A stretch of 64,000 nt of DNA from Azolla caroliniana (GCA_043228905.1 JBHGNT010000010.1:4588001-4652000), one strand, 5' to 3'. Positions 34,837 through 49,600 are shown, counted from the first letter of the stretch. A program made the numbers and translations. Notes: generated by a model from the letters alone, not told the origin.

Positions 34837-35379
34837 GAGGGTGAGGGAGGGGGTTTATATAGGATTTTAGGAGAGGGGTATAGTGAGGATGTGGGATCAA
34901 AGTTGGGAGTGGGGGGCAGGGGTGTGCTATGTGCATATGTGCACATTTAAGGGAGAAAAAGATAGTGGGATGTAAGTTTTAAGGTTTTTTAAGGATAGGG
35001 AAAAGGGAATGGTAAGAGGGAAGGAGTGAGAGGGTATGGGAAAGAGTGTAGGGAGAAGTGAGAGAGAGAGGGGTAAGGGATGTGCACACGTGCATGTGCA
35101 TGTTTAAGGAAGGAGGGGTAAAGTTGTTATAAGCTAGAGAAAAGGGAATGGTGATGTGGGCACACGTGTGGGGTTAAAAAGTAAGAGAGAGGGGAATGTA
35201 TGGGTTAAAAAGGAAGAGAGAAGGGGAAGGTAGAGTTAAGAGAGATGAGGGGTAAGGATAGGGATAAGTATGGGTTTAGATGAGGGGAGGTCTAGAAGTG
35301 AAAATATAAAAAGTAGGGGAGGGTATTTTCAAAAGTGAGGGTAGGGGTAGGGTGGGTAGGAGGGTATTAACCTAAAGGG

Positions 35380-35765
35380 TAATGGGAGGGGTAAGCTGGA
35401 AATTAGGGGGAAATGAGGGGAAGGGTAGGGTGGTAATTTTTGAAAAGTCGAGGGAAGGGTAGGATGGTAATTTTGAAAAGTCGAGGGAAGGGTAGGGTAG
35501 TAATTTTGAAAAGTAGAGAGAGGGATACGGTGGTAATTTTGAAAAGTCGAGGGAAGGGTAGGGTGGTGATTAGGGAAAAGTGGGGAATGGTAGGCTAGTA
35601 ATTTTGAAAAAGTAGAGAGAGGGGTACGATGGTAATTTTGAAAAGTCAAGGGAATGGTAGGGTAGTAATTAGGGAAAAGTGAGGGGAAGGGTAGGCTACT
35701 AATTTTGAAAAGTAGCGAGAGGGGTACGGTGGTAATTAGGGGGAAATGAGGGGGAGGGTAGTCTA
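35380..35765. repeat. Degenerate ~33-bp minisatellite inside the hammerhead element
   Basis: About 10 variants of GGTAATTTTGAAAAGTCGAGGGAAGGGTAGGGT. Confidence 0.85.
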
Positions 35766-36482
35766 GGAAAGTGAGGGGGGGGTAGAGGTAGAGTTTTGAA
35801 AAGTACAAAAATGTCGACTACTAAAAAAAGTAGTCCCGAGCATGTCCTATCGAAAAACAAAAAATTAAAGCTTAAGTAGAGATTTCACGGCTACAATATG
35901 TAGTCTCGTGTGTTACAAAAGAGGGTTGTATGCGAGGGATGACGGGGAGCGATGTGTACGAGGGGGATGTCGAGAAGAGAGGAGGAGAAGAAGAAAGTCG
36001 ATGACGCCATTCGCAAATGCCACGTAACGTTTTGCGGGGGCACTCATCACGATCGAGGGCTCGGTGGTCGACGACGATGCTCGCTCGATGTGGGTGCCTA
36101 TCCCCGATACACGGGCCTCCATAGAAGAAATCGCTATTGTAAGTTTATGGACCTTACGATCGGAACAAGGAGTGCGGAATGGTCGATAATCGACGGGTAG
36201 AGGTAGGCGAAGAGGAACACCACGCTCGATTTGAGCGCACCCGAATCGAAGACGAGGTAGAAGAAAGGAGAGGGAGCCGGCATGATTAGGAATAACAAAA
36301 AGGAAGAGGGGTGGGGGTTTAAAACACTAAGATTAGAAACATAAACACTAAAACAAAAAACATAACCCGAAAACTAACAAACATGAAAAATCTAAATCTA
36401 GAAACATGATCGTAAAAATAAAGTAAAGGGTGGGGTAATTAGAAAGAAATTAAAATTAAAAGATAGGCTTAAAGGGAGGGGG

Positions 36483-38100
36483 TCTGGTTGGGTGCTTGGT
36501 GTGCCCTTGTCCGACTCCCGTTGGTGATCCCCGTTTTTATTGAAATGTCGTTTTTTGTTGAAATGCTTTTTGTTCTGGTAATCCTGTCGAGGCCAGACGT
36601 CATACTTGCCATAGTCCTCCCTTCGTGGGTTGTAATCGGGGGAGTGATCCCAGTTGTATCGCTCATTCCATTCCCTATTATAGTCCCAATCTCTATCATA
36701 TCTATCATACCGATCGCGGTCATAAGCGTCTCTTCGATCACTATACCGAACATCTTGTGCCGGCCGGTAACGCTCCTCTTGCCGCCATGGCTCTTCATCC
36801 TCCTCCTGGTTGCTCCGTGGTTCGATTTGCCGGACCGATGGCGCTTGCCGATTCAACAAGTTATACTCGCACCGATCCATTGTGTGGTTTCTGGAATGGC
36901 AAAGTTGGCATTGAGAACACATGGTGCACTCCAGCGTCGAGTGTCCGGCATTCAGGCAAGTCGTACATTGAATTGCTTGTCAAAATCGAAGGTCTTCATC
37001 GGTTGGTAACGTTCGTTGGAGTGCCCCCATCATCAGCCACAAGCTGGAGTTTTCCATTTCCCTAACTCGGTTTATGACCTAGTCGACGGAACTCGTGCGG
37101 AAATCAATGACTATGCACACCGTTCGTAGGGGTTCCTGGAGTGCTGTTAGGAATATCGCCTTAGTCTCTTCCTCCAGTGGTGCCCGACTGAGCTGGATGT
37201 GCATTCTCTAGAATCGGATTACAAGTTGTTGAATGTTCTCCGTGGGCTCCTGGCGGATGGTATAAAATAGGCCGACCATTTCCCGTTGATCCACCTCTTT
37301 GTGAAAAAAATGTAGAATTTAGTTTTCAATGCCTCAAATGTCGTGATGGTGCTGGGATCTTGCGTCAAGCACCATCTGGATGCGGGCCCTTCTAGGGTCA
37401 TGCCAAACTCCGCCATCTTTGAGCATTCTGCTTCGGCCGCGGTTAAGCGTTGTGACACATGATTCGCTTCCCAGGTCTGCTGAAATGCATAGATGTGGGC
37501 CTCTGCGTCCGGATCATCCTGGTACTTGGGATCTTGAAACGGCTTGTCGTCGTTCGATGTTGGAACGCGGGCTGGTGGTGTCGGAGGTCTTTCCTCCTCC
37601 TCCATTGAAGGTCTCTCCTCTCTCCTCTGTCGGAGGTCTTTCTTTCTCTGTGGGAGGTCTTTCCTCCTCTACTTCGGGTGTCGGGGTTTGCTCAGTCCTT
37701 GGCCGGTCTATGGCTTCCAACTCTATCAATTCTGGTTCCAGTGTCGGTAAGGTATCTGATTCCTCGTCCGTCGGTCCTTCTGGGGTGTCATGACTGTTGC
37801 GGTAATTGGAATGAGCGTTATATTCGTCGTTCAAGTCTGATTCAAAGGACGAAAATGGTTCTGAATCGCCTTCTCCTGCAGCTAATGCCTGCAGAAGGTA
37901 TTTCGCTTCCCGAAGACTACTTAAGCTGCTTCCTTCGTCAAGGTGGAAATCCTGTTGCAAACGGAATGACTCCTCAGCCACTCGCCGGATCACTTTGGAA
38001 AATGATTGATCCGCACGAATCTCTTCCGTAGCCGCTCAGCGAGTCTCCTTGCTCGATCCGTAACCGGTCCGCTCGTTGTTCTAGTCATCCATTCCCGTCG
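36483..38100 (-). pseudogene. Element O gag N-terminal part (frameshifted)
   Basis: Fragments DPDAEAHIYAFQQTWEAN...FGMTLEGPASRW (retrotransposon Gag) and CQLCHSRNHTMDRC, directly downstream of the PBS. Confidence 0.8.
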
Positions 38101-38143
38101 TTGTTCGTTGCGCTTAGGTAGGAATCGTGGTCGCCAAAAACTA

Positions 38144-38603
38144 TGTTACTCCTAAGGGTTGAACAATAGCCTAACACAGGGTGTCTACGGAAGACACTTC
38201 ACCAAAGGGTGTTACGGCGAGGTAACTTAGACTAACGATTGATCATACCTTTATCGGCTACTTAAGCAACATATCATGAATCTTAATACATGCGTAAGAT
38301 AGAAAGCAATTAGCACATAACGGTAATCAATACACAAAGATAAGGCAATAGAACTTTATTAATTATCCGTCGTGATTTACAATGTAATCGGGCCTTTTTA
38401 TAGATCACCGGCTTTGCATACAAAACGGTGCCAACCGGCATACTGATATGAACCGATCCGGATCTGGATCGGCATACCGATTCCGGTCTATCCGTTCACT
38501 TCTTAAAATATACTTAATTACTAATTATTCTAATAATAGCTTCCGATAATTCCTGCCCTTTCACATTCTGGAATGTCCTCCACTCCTTGCCGGCTGGCTA
38601 ACA
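38144..38603 (-). repeat. 5' LTR of element O, 460 bp
   Basis: TGTTA...TAACA termini. The first 83 bp match 15624-15706 with about 4 differences. Adjacent to the PBS. Confidence 0.88.
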
Positions 38604-38729
38604 CACACTATAGAATATTAATGAACTTATGTGTATTGTCCTCCTCAACGGAATAGGGTTTGCCTTACGGCTTTGCAAGGAGTGCGGGTCGATATACCGC
38701 TCGTTAAATCACCGTCCTAACTGCCTGCC

Positions 38730-41700
38730 TGCAATTTGGAGTGAAATCATACTTGTCTCTTTAATCTTGAACCTAATGGGAGCCCACCAATAATGTCTCT
38801 CCATATGAATACCTCTGCACGAAATGGCAAATGGGAATGCCAGTCACATTGTAATATTTGTCACCGCCTTGCATTCATCTTACACACATTCCATATTCCA
38901 TACATTTTTTGTTTTAGTAGATGAGCAATATAATGATGTCAATGCACGATGATACAATATATTTGTAGTGACTTGTAACAAGTGTGTACCATCCTATAAT
39001 CGCTAATCTACCGAAGGTGCAACATTTGTTTTCAATGACAAAGATCCATACAACAATAATATATCTTGCAAATTCTCCCAAATAAATCTATAATTTGGGG
39101 GAATGCACAACCACCAGTTGACATCTTCAAATTCCGACAACCTTTGAGATTCGTTATCAACCACGTCTCCTAAATGAACAACCCCCAATTGAAATAAACA
39201 TTTGAATTGAGATCTCAGCTTCTCGTTTCCATGCCAATACAACACTCTCGAGAAGAAACAAGCAATGTTGAGGTCTCAAATAGCAATGGGTTAAATGGTG
39301 ACAAATGTCCAATAAGTGCTTACAAATGGTACACGTTATAAGAGATTTAATGAACTTACATGTATTGTCCGCCAATGGAATGGTGTAAAAGTAACAAGTG
39401 CATGACCCTAGTCCTCATCTCTTTAAGGCTACCCCTAATGGGAGCCCACCAATCATGACTCTCCATATGAATACCTTTGCATGAAATGGCAAATGGGAAT
39501 GCCAACCACATTGTGTAATATTTGACATCACCATGCATTCGACTTACATATATTCCACACATTTTCTACTTTAGGAGATATCCAAGATAATGATATTATT
39601 GCATGATAATACACCCTATAACAAGTGTGTACCGTCCTGTAACCGCCAATCCACCCAAGGTGCAACATTTGTTTTTCAATGGCAAAGATCCATCCAGCAA
39701 TGGTATATCTTGCAAATTCTCCCAAATAAATCCATAAATTGGGGGAATGCATAACCGTTGTTTGGCATCTTCAAATTATGATAACCTTTGAGATTCATTA
39801 TTAACCACAACTCCCAAATGTACAACCCCCTATCCAAAGAAACAGTTGAATTGAGATCTCAGCTTCTCTTTTCCATGCCAATGGAACATTCGAGAATAAA
39901 TGAGCAATTCATTTCATAACAACTTACAATAATTCTCGATCACTTGATGGTGCCTACTCAAAATAATATAATGCATCTTGCCATGACCTTACCAATTATT
40001 GTCAACATAAAGAATGTTGAACCTTTAGAGGCATACACCCATTGAGTAATGGCCACCACGATGCTTGAATCTTTGTTTTCCAATGCACCAATCCATCGTG
40101 CACAATAAAATATTGCATCATAGATATCCATGGTTTCATTCATCTAAATGGACTCTTAAGCATGGAAGCATAATTTTTTAAAACTCCATTTGTAATACCA
40201 TCTCAACCAAGGCTTTTACCATTTGGAAGGTGTGGCAATACCTTTTCCACCTTAGCTTCTTCAAAATCACCATCCAACTCTTGACAGATATTTGTATTCA
40301 CACAACAAACCCAACTACATTGTAAAACTCTTGTCGTGATAATCAGTTATGACCCAATCAAATGCTTCAAATGAGAAATACATAACTCAATAACCTCGAT
40401 TGGGTCTACAACAATGTCATCCCCTATCTTAATTTGCACAACATTCGAACGAGCATATGATGGTCTTAATCCTTGAAAAAACTGTTTAGATTGTGATTGA
40501 TTATTTATAAATCCTCTCGTAACTTACGTAGTTTTCCCTTTTGATAACTTTGAGAAGACAAATTCTTCACAATCTCTTGTAACTGAACTTGAAGATCCAA
40601 AATCTCTTCATCATGCAGATTATTCATCAATAGTACATTGCATCGTGTAAGATATACGTGAAAACTTATCAATCAATTGCTTACGTCTTTTAGCATTAGG
40701 CATACCATAAATATGGTGAATATCAATGATGTTTTGTAATGTTGTATTGCATGCATGCCATCCTTGTGAATTAACATGTTCTGATAACATGCCAAAAAAT
40801 TGTTGCATATAGGCATCAAATAAGGAATGAACTAATAAAGAATAATTAAACCTTAAAGGAACTCTAACAAGCAATGTTTTGTACATATCTATCATGTATT
40901 TATTAAACTCAAAACGTATGGGGAAATGATCCAATGTCACAACATCTTGCACAATTGACATATTAAGCATCTTAGGTAAAAAGGACTCATCATGCATAAC
41001 ATACATTTTGTCCAACCTACTCCGTGTTTCCTTATATTGCATAGATTGAAATGTAAACTCAAGCTTATCTTGATGCAACCATTTACTTCAAAACATTTGA
41101 TGCCAATTTGTCCCAATTTGCTTGCTCATAAGAATTCATGAATGAGAATCATGAAGTAGATTGTGATGCATCAACACACATATTAAAATCACCCATTAAC
41201 AAACTGGTACGACCCACTAATAATCTTGGATATATAGAAGACCACAACTCAATGTGTTGATTAACATTGTTGGGTGCATAAATTCCTACCAACCATATCA
41301 AAACCTCAAAGTACTTGATTTCCATCACCAGAAAACGTCCATGTGGATAATTATAGACTATATGCAAACAAAACAAATCATGAATAATCATGACTACATT
41401 CTCAATTATCTTTTGGTAATGCCTTGCCATTTTTTTGGTCCCTTTGCATGGTAGCACCCTTCCCTTTATCTTATGTTTCACTTGATGCCACTCTTCATCT
41501 TCAACATCTGGTTCTACATTAGTACATACTCCATTATCCTCCCCAACACCTCTGACATTACCATGAACTTTAGAATCTCGCTTTAACCCATGAGATGTTC
41601 CCTCATCCATGACCATATCAACCGTTGAGGTGACAATATTCTTCTCAAAATGTTTCTTATTTTTTTCTTTGACATAATTTTCCGTGGATGGTTCACCATG

Positions 41701-42700
41701 ATATTGGCATTCAGCCATAAAATACCTCAATTGACCACATTTAAAATAATGTCTTGCAAAAGTCTCCCAGTAAAGCTTAAATGAAATCAACCAATTCGAG
41801 TTGTATCTATACCTAACCATCTTGGAAGTTTACAACTTGTGTCCTATAATGTGCAAAATCTACATTTCTTTTAAGAATTAGCACGAGAAGTAACTAGTTT
41901 GAGACATCAACTCTAGTAGTGATTCCCAAAAGAATGGGTTACTATAATCAACAATCATCCAATTTGGACATTGTTATTTTAATAAATCATTATAATCCAT
42001 AATTGGAACCTATTCTATCACATGCACTAATCTTCTATCAAAAAAGGTTGCTACCTTTGCCATCAAAGCAATATAGTGTTCCGATGAATGGAAAACCGCA
42101 TCATAGAAAGCTCTTGGACCCACATACACATCCTTCAATACAATTAGGCATTATGAATCAACTCAACAACAACTTAATCCATGATACCAAAGGAAGTTTA
42201 CTAATGAAATACAAACCATGATCATAAAACCTGGCAATAGTTACTAACATGGACTTGGTCTCCATCACCACCTTTACATCCTCTTCCATGCAATCCTTAA
42301 CATCTTTCTTGTTTTTTTCATAAAATTAGAAAGCAAATCATTAATAAATCCCGAGGATTGTCAACATAATCATCCCCAATAACGTCCTTCCCACCGAGAA
42401 TTGCATCAGATGATGTTTCCTTGTGATTTGTAGAATCAACATTTTTGTCGTTTGTAATTTTCACAACCATCATTACTACCACATTAATCAACAATCATCA
42501 ACTCACTTCTCGTTGTCACATCGACATCATAATAGAGATTGAGAGAACAAACTTGAGACGATGACAATTTTCCTTGTAACTTCTTTTTGCGACCACAAAT
42601 TTTAACGTCCAAATAATTGTTGGAAATCTTTCTAAACAAGCTTCGCAAAAAGCAAAAAATCACAAAAGCAAAGTTTTGAGTGTAAAGCTACATCATAAAT
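38730..42700 (-). mobile_element. Decayed L1-type LINE (ORF1 and ORF2 remnants) with an internal ~660-bp-period duplication
   Basis: ORF1 knuckle remnant FKCGQLRYFMAEC. Endonuclease motifs LVGIYAPN, LLMGDFN, SRLDKMYV and DHFPI. 38771-39250 is duplicated at 39432-39890. Confidence 0.8.
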
Positions 42701-45694
42701 ATGTTTCAACACTATAATTGGAACATCGTTGCTTCCCCCCCCCCCCCCTCTCTCTCTCCCTCGTCTCTAAATATTTGTGCTTCTCACACGTAACACTAAT
42801 AATACATGGTTTTATCAATCATTCGATCAAATAACACTTCATATATGTCACATTATCACTAACAGAACATCAAAGACATTAATTTCATTACACAATGAAT
42901 GGCACATTTTGAAACTCTCGAGGAAATGTGAGGTGTAGTTTTTGTTGCTCCCAACAACTAGGTATGCTAATCAACAATTAAAGGAAACGGGGGAGTGGGA
43001 GTTGAATGCCCCAAAGCGAGCAATACAAAATTATTCTTTAACATTAGAATGGTCATGAAAAAAAGTGTAGTCTATTTTTGGAAAAAAGAAGAAAAAGGTG
43101 CGGTCTAACATTGGCACAAAAGCATGCCATGTCTCTAAGAAAACATAATGTCAATACTTAATGACTTGGTAACGCTACCTTCATTCTTAAGCAACCAAGA
43201 ATAAAGAAGAGGGCAATGCAAGCTTTAAACGTGGATTTATTGCTCATTAGATCTCTTCTTTGTTGTTCATAATCAATAATATACAACATCAAGTACTACT
43301 CTACAAATAAACATGCAATTTGTGATGGTGATTATGTATGTGCTTTGGCACCTCCTCCAGGTTCACACATCCCTAAGAATGAGGCTACCAAAATTAATGC
43401 TCAACCCCTTCCCAACTAGGATGTCGACCTTTTACTACATGTTAAATGTAGAGTATCTAGAGGCAATGCTCTTTCTCCGTGTTCAAATCATGAAAGTGTT
43501 GGATGTCTTCACACTTTCGTATGGTTTATAGAGGGCCCATATATCTCATCATGCAATGAGCCCGCCTATAAGATGATTTACCTTCAAGACATCACTCAAA
43601 ATATGTACTTGAAACATCCTATAAAAGTTGTCATTAAATGGTCAAAATGTAAACCCATAAAACATGTGATGGTAGTTTTTAAGTTAGGAATATAAATAAA
43701 TAATGGTAAATTGTCATTTTGTACATATATTAAAGACCGTTATACACTCTTGTATCAAGCGTATGAGTTTTTTTAATTGTCGATGCCATTTACCTGAATA
43801 TATAGTGATGGTGTACTTTCATTGTGTGCAATATACAATTGTGTGTGGCCTTATTTATGTCATATTGTTGATTGGATTCCTTGGTAAAATTTTGCTACAT
43901 TGATTCAATGAACATCACATTACCTCCATTTTGGTTCCATTGTATATGGTTGTCAATGCATATTGGGTGTTTATTTTTGTACGAGTGATAAAGAGACCAA
44001 ACAACAATATACAGAAAGAAATTAAAAGGGCATGAATGCTTTTATCTAGGTTCCTATTGGACTGTTTTGTACGTTGGGTGTCCATGCAATATCTTTGCCT
44101 CATCCAATGGTAAATGAAGATGACCAACACGTGCAAATATTCTTTTAATAACGATGTGGTACGTAGTAATGGTTGACACCACCAAGGGTCATATCATTCC
44201 AAACACAATACATTGAGCTTTACAAGGAATAACCCGTAACACATTAAAATTCAATGTAAATATTAGTTGATAAAAATGAGACATATTTTAACCACGTTGA
44301 GTTATACAAACCTACTATTTGCAACATTGCGAACATGTACTTTAACGACAACTGCGTCACAATGTTTTGTTTTATTTGAAAATGCTTCACATCACAAGTG
44401 CACCAACAATATAGATCATGTCATTTAACATGTCAAAACATAAGATTTGATATCATGTGAGTGGAAGGAAGAGAATACATACATTGGGTTTGAGTAGAAG
44501 CAAATGAAATTGACCATTGTTGCTAGAAAAAACAAGAGACTCTACTTCCATTATATGCATATGCCAAACTTATGCATCTCAAACACACACAAATCACATA
44601 TTAAGTATACTAAAACAACATCATGAAAACACTAGATTTTCTCCCATTTGAAAATATAGTTGAGTAATTGGTGCGCACTTTGTATCTCCTGTAATTATGT
44701 AACAAATGCAAAATTTCAAAAGTGCATCTGTGCAAACATAAAGAGGTCAACCATGATCAGAGTGAAAATTCCAAACGACCTATCATAAACATTGGGACAT
44801 TTATGTTGTGTACACAAACACTAGATAACAAACCATAAACAAATGTTTTTTTAGTCAATATCTAATTCATATTGCCCCTCACTCGACGGAGTAAGAGTTT
44901 TTTTATCCATGAGTTCGTTTTATATTAACCAACCAATGATCGGGAATGTATGCATCAACTTTGATTCTCAAGCAATGACTGTAATAGGAAATTACAACAA
45001 ATACTACAATTTTATAGGATTTCTATGTAGGATGATTTGCTTTTATTCGTATTCCTTGCATGTCCCAAAACTAATCAACACTTTTTTGAATGAGGGCGCT
45101 ATTTTTTAATTGCTAATCAAGCATGATTACGGAGTAATGGAATAGCTTAAAAAACATGAGCAATACTACCTATTTGGGGATTCCCTTTATGAGTATTCCC
45201 AACTTTCTAGAAAATTCAAACATTCGATTAACATTTTAGTGATCAAGGGGCATATTTTCTAGAACATTGCCACTTTCGTGTGTCTGCTTTCAATCAGCTT
45301 TAGCCACATTATTTTATATCTCCCAACCTCGATGATACATACATACATATACATAAAAGCTTTAGCCACATTGGAGAAACTTGAAGATGTAGATGTTTGT
45401 TTTGTTGTGAAAAGGGGCTCATACACATCATTGATTTATTCTGTAACTATGTAAATTGATCACATGGATGTCAATGACAATGTAGATTGAGAGTATTGGG
45501 ATATAAATAAGTCATATGGGCCATGCACTCACTTCATTGCTTGTCATATCCAAAGCGGCAAGAGGACACCCATATTCACTGGTTGGACTTCTTCATAGCC
45601 TTGTTCTAGAGGACCAACTAAACCTCAAACTAGATGGCTAATTATTGCTCCTTGCCCATATGCAAGGACAACTTGCCAAGGAGTAAATGTTGAT

Positions 45695-46025
45695 GACAAC
45701 ATAGGTTGAGACGAGAGTATGGGGATATAAACAAGGAAACATGGGTGAGAAATACTATGGCCAGATAATGGAGATCACTGCTTTGCCATATGTTGCTTGC
45801 ACTCATAGGACTCGATATCACAGCCTCAATTGCAAGGTTGCAACGAAGCAAACCCATTACGTGACAACATAGGTTGAGACGAGAATATGGGGATATAAAC
45901 AAGGAAACATGGGTGACAAATGCTATCGCCAGATAATGGGGATCACTGCTCGCCATATGTTGCTTGCACTCATAGGACTCGATATCATAGCCTCAATTGC
46001 AAGGTTGCAACGAAGCAAACCCATT
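45695..46025. repeat. Tandem duplication, 2 copies of ~168 bp, upstream of CAND1
   Basis: GACAACATAGGTTGAGACGAGA...GCAAACCCATT occurs twice, with a weaker partial copy near 45476. Confidence 0.88.
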
Positions 46026-46269
46026 TACGTGATCGCATACACATTAGTGACGATTGCACTAAAAAGTAAAAAAAGCATGTGTCTGAAACCATTATGTCGG
46101 TAATGCGATCAACCGGGCTTGTAATTATTATTATTATTATTTTTGGGTCTGTGTTTGTTAATTGGCACGATTCGGAACGTATGTGGAATCGCTTCGGCTC
46201 AAGTTGTGTCGAGACGGGCAGACTAGACTAGCATTGTAGCCCTTGGTGGGATTAGTGGCCCCTTGGGAC

Positions 46270-46316
<47 letters not shown>

Positions 46317-46684
46317 TCTCTGATTCTACAAAAATCTCTCAGTCTCTACCCCTCTAAACCTAGCTCTTCTGCAGTACAGACAGACACACACATAGATCAT
46401 CAGATTCCTCTCACACGCGAGGTAAGTAATCTCTCTCTCTGTCTCTCTCTCTGTCTCTGTCTCTCCATCCGCCATAGCTTCATTTGCACATGAATTGGTG
46501 CTCACCAGGAGCAGTTAACACTTACATACATACCTATATATGTGTGTATATTCGTTTTTTTTTGTCTTCTGCTGTTTTTGTTTCCTGTCATGGTTTGCTT
46601 ACCCCTCGCAGACGAACGGGTTTTCTTCTTCTCTTTTAAGGAATCGGATTCTCGCTCCCTTGGATTCTCACTCCCTTGCACATT

Positions 46685-49600
46685 ATGGCGAACTTGACCA
46701 TGATCCTCGAAAAGGTAGGCTACATTTTCTTTAAACTTTTTTTTCCTGTGTTTTTGTCTTTCTTCTTCCTCTTCGAAATTTACTAGTTGTGAGATGTTCA
46801 GAAATGAATTGTGTATTGATGATCTATTTTCTGACTAATACTGCACAACAAAACGTCTAGATCGTTTCCAAGGATAAGGATTATCGATACATGGCCACAT
46901 CGGATCTTTTGAACGAGCTTCAGAAAGATACATTCAGAACTGATGTGGATAGTGAGCGTAAGATATCACAGATTGTTCTTCAGCAGCTCGATGATCCAAG
47001 TGGAGATATTTCAGGTCTTGCTGTGAAATGGTAAGCTCACATGCATTTTCTCCTCAGCTTTGCATTATCAAATGTTGAGTAGAGACAATTGGGTTACAAA
47101 GGCATAGTTATTTGTAGTTTAATTATTTACCCTCCAAAAGAACCATTTTGTACATATTTCTCCATGTCTTTGTATAATTTGAGAGGCAATTTCATAGGAG
47201 AAATGCATATTTTTGCCATAGTAATAAAAAACTGTTTAGTATGAATTGGCAAACTGGCTAATATGAACCTTGGGATATATGTATCTTTTGGAACCTGGAT
47301 TATTTATTGATCGGTTGTGTTAATACAGTGGAATCTGAAGAACTTTAATTTCTTGATGTTTGTGGACAATGTGATATGATATTCATCCCAGGGCTGTAAA
47401 TGTAAGAGTATACTCATAGTTGGTGCATGAATATTGGCTTACTGTTGGCCATCAACGATGTGAGTAGGGATGCCATAGCATATAGCCACGTACAATGCAT
47501 GAAGTAACCAACATAATCTATACTAGTTGAGGTGGGCACATTTTGGGACAGTTCATGATGTGCTTGTACCAATATGGTATAAGCTGCACGATTTTAGTTT
47601 AGTATGTTCAGGTCTAAGCTGTAATTTGAAGACGTTGATATGTGAGAATCGTCACCTACTTTTTCGCCATTGATGAGGTTGAAATGGATACAATCATATT
47701 TAATCCACAATGCAATTGGGATGTATGAAACAATAGACAAATTTTTACTCCTTGAGACGAGCGTCTCATGTATTATAGTTTCATGTGCACACAAGAGCTT
47801 AAAAACGTTTATTAATTTGCATATTAAGCTCATTTATGTGTAACTCGATATATTTGTATCTTTAGGCATTTCTTCAGTTAGGAAATCCAAAGAACCTTAA
47901 TTCTAGGTGTGTATGCTATTAACAAAACATATAAGGTATACTAATGGGATTCAGTCAGGAACTCCAAAGAACCTTAATGTTAGGACTTAACAATGAAATC
48001 GAGCTATGATCTATCGTAGAAAGATAAAGATGGTACAAATCTATCCCTGCTATTGATTATCCTTACCTTATAAACTTCAACAGAAATCACATTGTATCAT
48101 CTGAACACTTTGAAAAATGATTACAAACAATGACTAATCCAGCACCTTCTTAAACTAGTGCTTTATTCTTTGGCCATTCTTTTACTAAGTTTTCAATGAT
48201 GTAATTTGCAGTTGTTGGAGAAACCTTAAGTCTATAAACTCCCTACACTTGGGCATTAATGATGAGAATAGAGTTGTCATAATATCTAGTCTGTGCTATT
48301 AATGGAATCGTTTATGTAATCCATGATCTTTTGAGATAGTTTTCTAATGTGCTGGACATCTCCATTCCAGTAATAAACCAATTTCTAGGTTTTAACCTTT
48401 CATAATTTACTATATGATTCAATGCGTTATACTTGTTTTGAGCAGTCTGGCTCCACTGGTTAAAAAAGTCAGCGAGAACAGAGTTATAGAAATATCAGAT
48501 ACACTATGTACGAAGTTGTTAACAGGGAAGGAACAACAGCGTGATATTGCAAGCATTGCTTTAAAAACTGTGGTTGCTGAAATTAGTAGTGGATCTGTTG
48601 CTCAAGGTGTTGTAGGCTTACTCTCTCCAAAGTTGGTGAAAGGAATTAGCACATCAGTATGTCCCAGGATATCTTTTTCTATTTGGCTTTTTGATTGGAA
48701 CTTAGCTTAATTTCTTATGCAGTTAAATGAAATATTCAATCCTGATGTTTCAGAGTACGAGTTCTGAAGTTAAAGGAGAGTGTCTTGATATTTTTTGTGA
48801 TGTACTTCACCGATTTGGAAATCTAATGGTCATGGAGCATGAGAAGTTGTTGAACTCAATGCTTGTGCAACTGAATTCAAGTCAAACTAACCTTCGTAAG
48901 CGAGCTATTCAATGCCTTGGTAAGAGCATGCCACATGCTTCTTTTGTTCATTAAATGCACATTTCTCACATTCAATTTGTAGTTATTGGTCGTCTACTTC
49001 CATGTATTTTTGTTTGCATGCATTAATAACTTGTATTGCCATCTAGGAATCAACATTAAATATATTAATTCTTATTTTATGATGATTTCATAGTTTTCTA
49101 TTTTATTATGGTTTTTGCAACAGCTATTTTGGCATCTAGCTTATCAGATGATTTATTAGGGAGAGCAATTCATCATGTTGTTGATCTCCTGAAGCGTAGA
49201 GATTTGAAGCCTGATATGATAAGATCAAGTATACAAATGATTGGGGCTTTCAGGTTTGTCAATGTGTCTTCTTTCTTTTATAAAGAAAAATTCTAGGTGA
49301 GATGGGTACTGTTAAAGTTTCACACAATTGGCAAACTTCAACTTTCACAAGGAGATTGTATAGAGTTTCACAAATCGTGATATGTTTTTCCGTAAAAATA
49401 TTGTAATTAGACTGTAGTTTTTTTGTGTAATCGTTATGAGTTTCACATATAATTGTATTTTATCTGGTAGATGAATTCTGGTGTAGACTAATGTCATCTG
49501 TGAGCCGTGAGGATCATGGATTTTTTAATCTGTTATTGAATATATTTTTCTGTATGATTTTAATCATAACATTTACAACCTTCATTCAAATTCTTATTGA

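Larger units (their letters stand above)
33983..36482 (-). mobile_element. Non-coding hammerhead-containing element with partial-tandem terminal repeats (Penelope-like non-autonomous element or retrozyme-like), inserted in element O gag
   Basis: 346-bp direct repeats at 33983-34328 and 36137-36482, with about 3 substitutions and no TG..CA ends. No PBS or TSD. Internal hammerhead, (GA)n tracts and ~33-bp tandem repeats. Confidence 0.8.
15624..38603 (-). mobile_element. Outer Ty3/Gypsy retrotransposon (element O) containing nested insertions
   Basis: 5' LTR at 38144-38603 (TGTTA...TAACA). Only 83 bp of the other LTR survives (15624-15706). TSD CACAT / CACAC. PBS TGGCGACCAC at 38127-38136 (minus), resembling a tRNA-Arg 3' end. 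Confidence 0.82.

Noticed and set aside
35329-35808. 159-aa Pro-rich repeat ORF inside the hammerhead element
   Set aside because: Produced by the 33-bp minisatellite; there is no evidence of coding.
33983-36482. Interpretation of the 346-bp direct repeats as true LTRs
   Set aside because: No TG..CA termini, PBS, PPT or TSD.
43150-44250. Coding-like fragments between the L1 element and CAND1
   Set aside because: Short and interrupted, and I could not assign a family.
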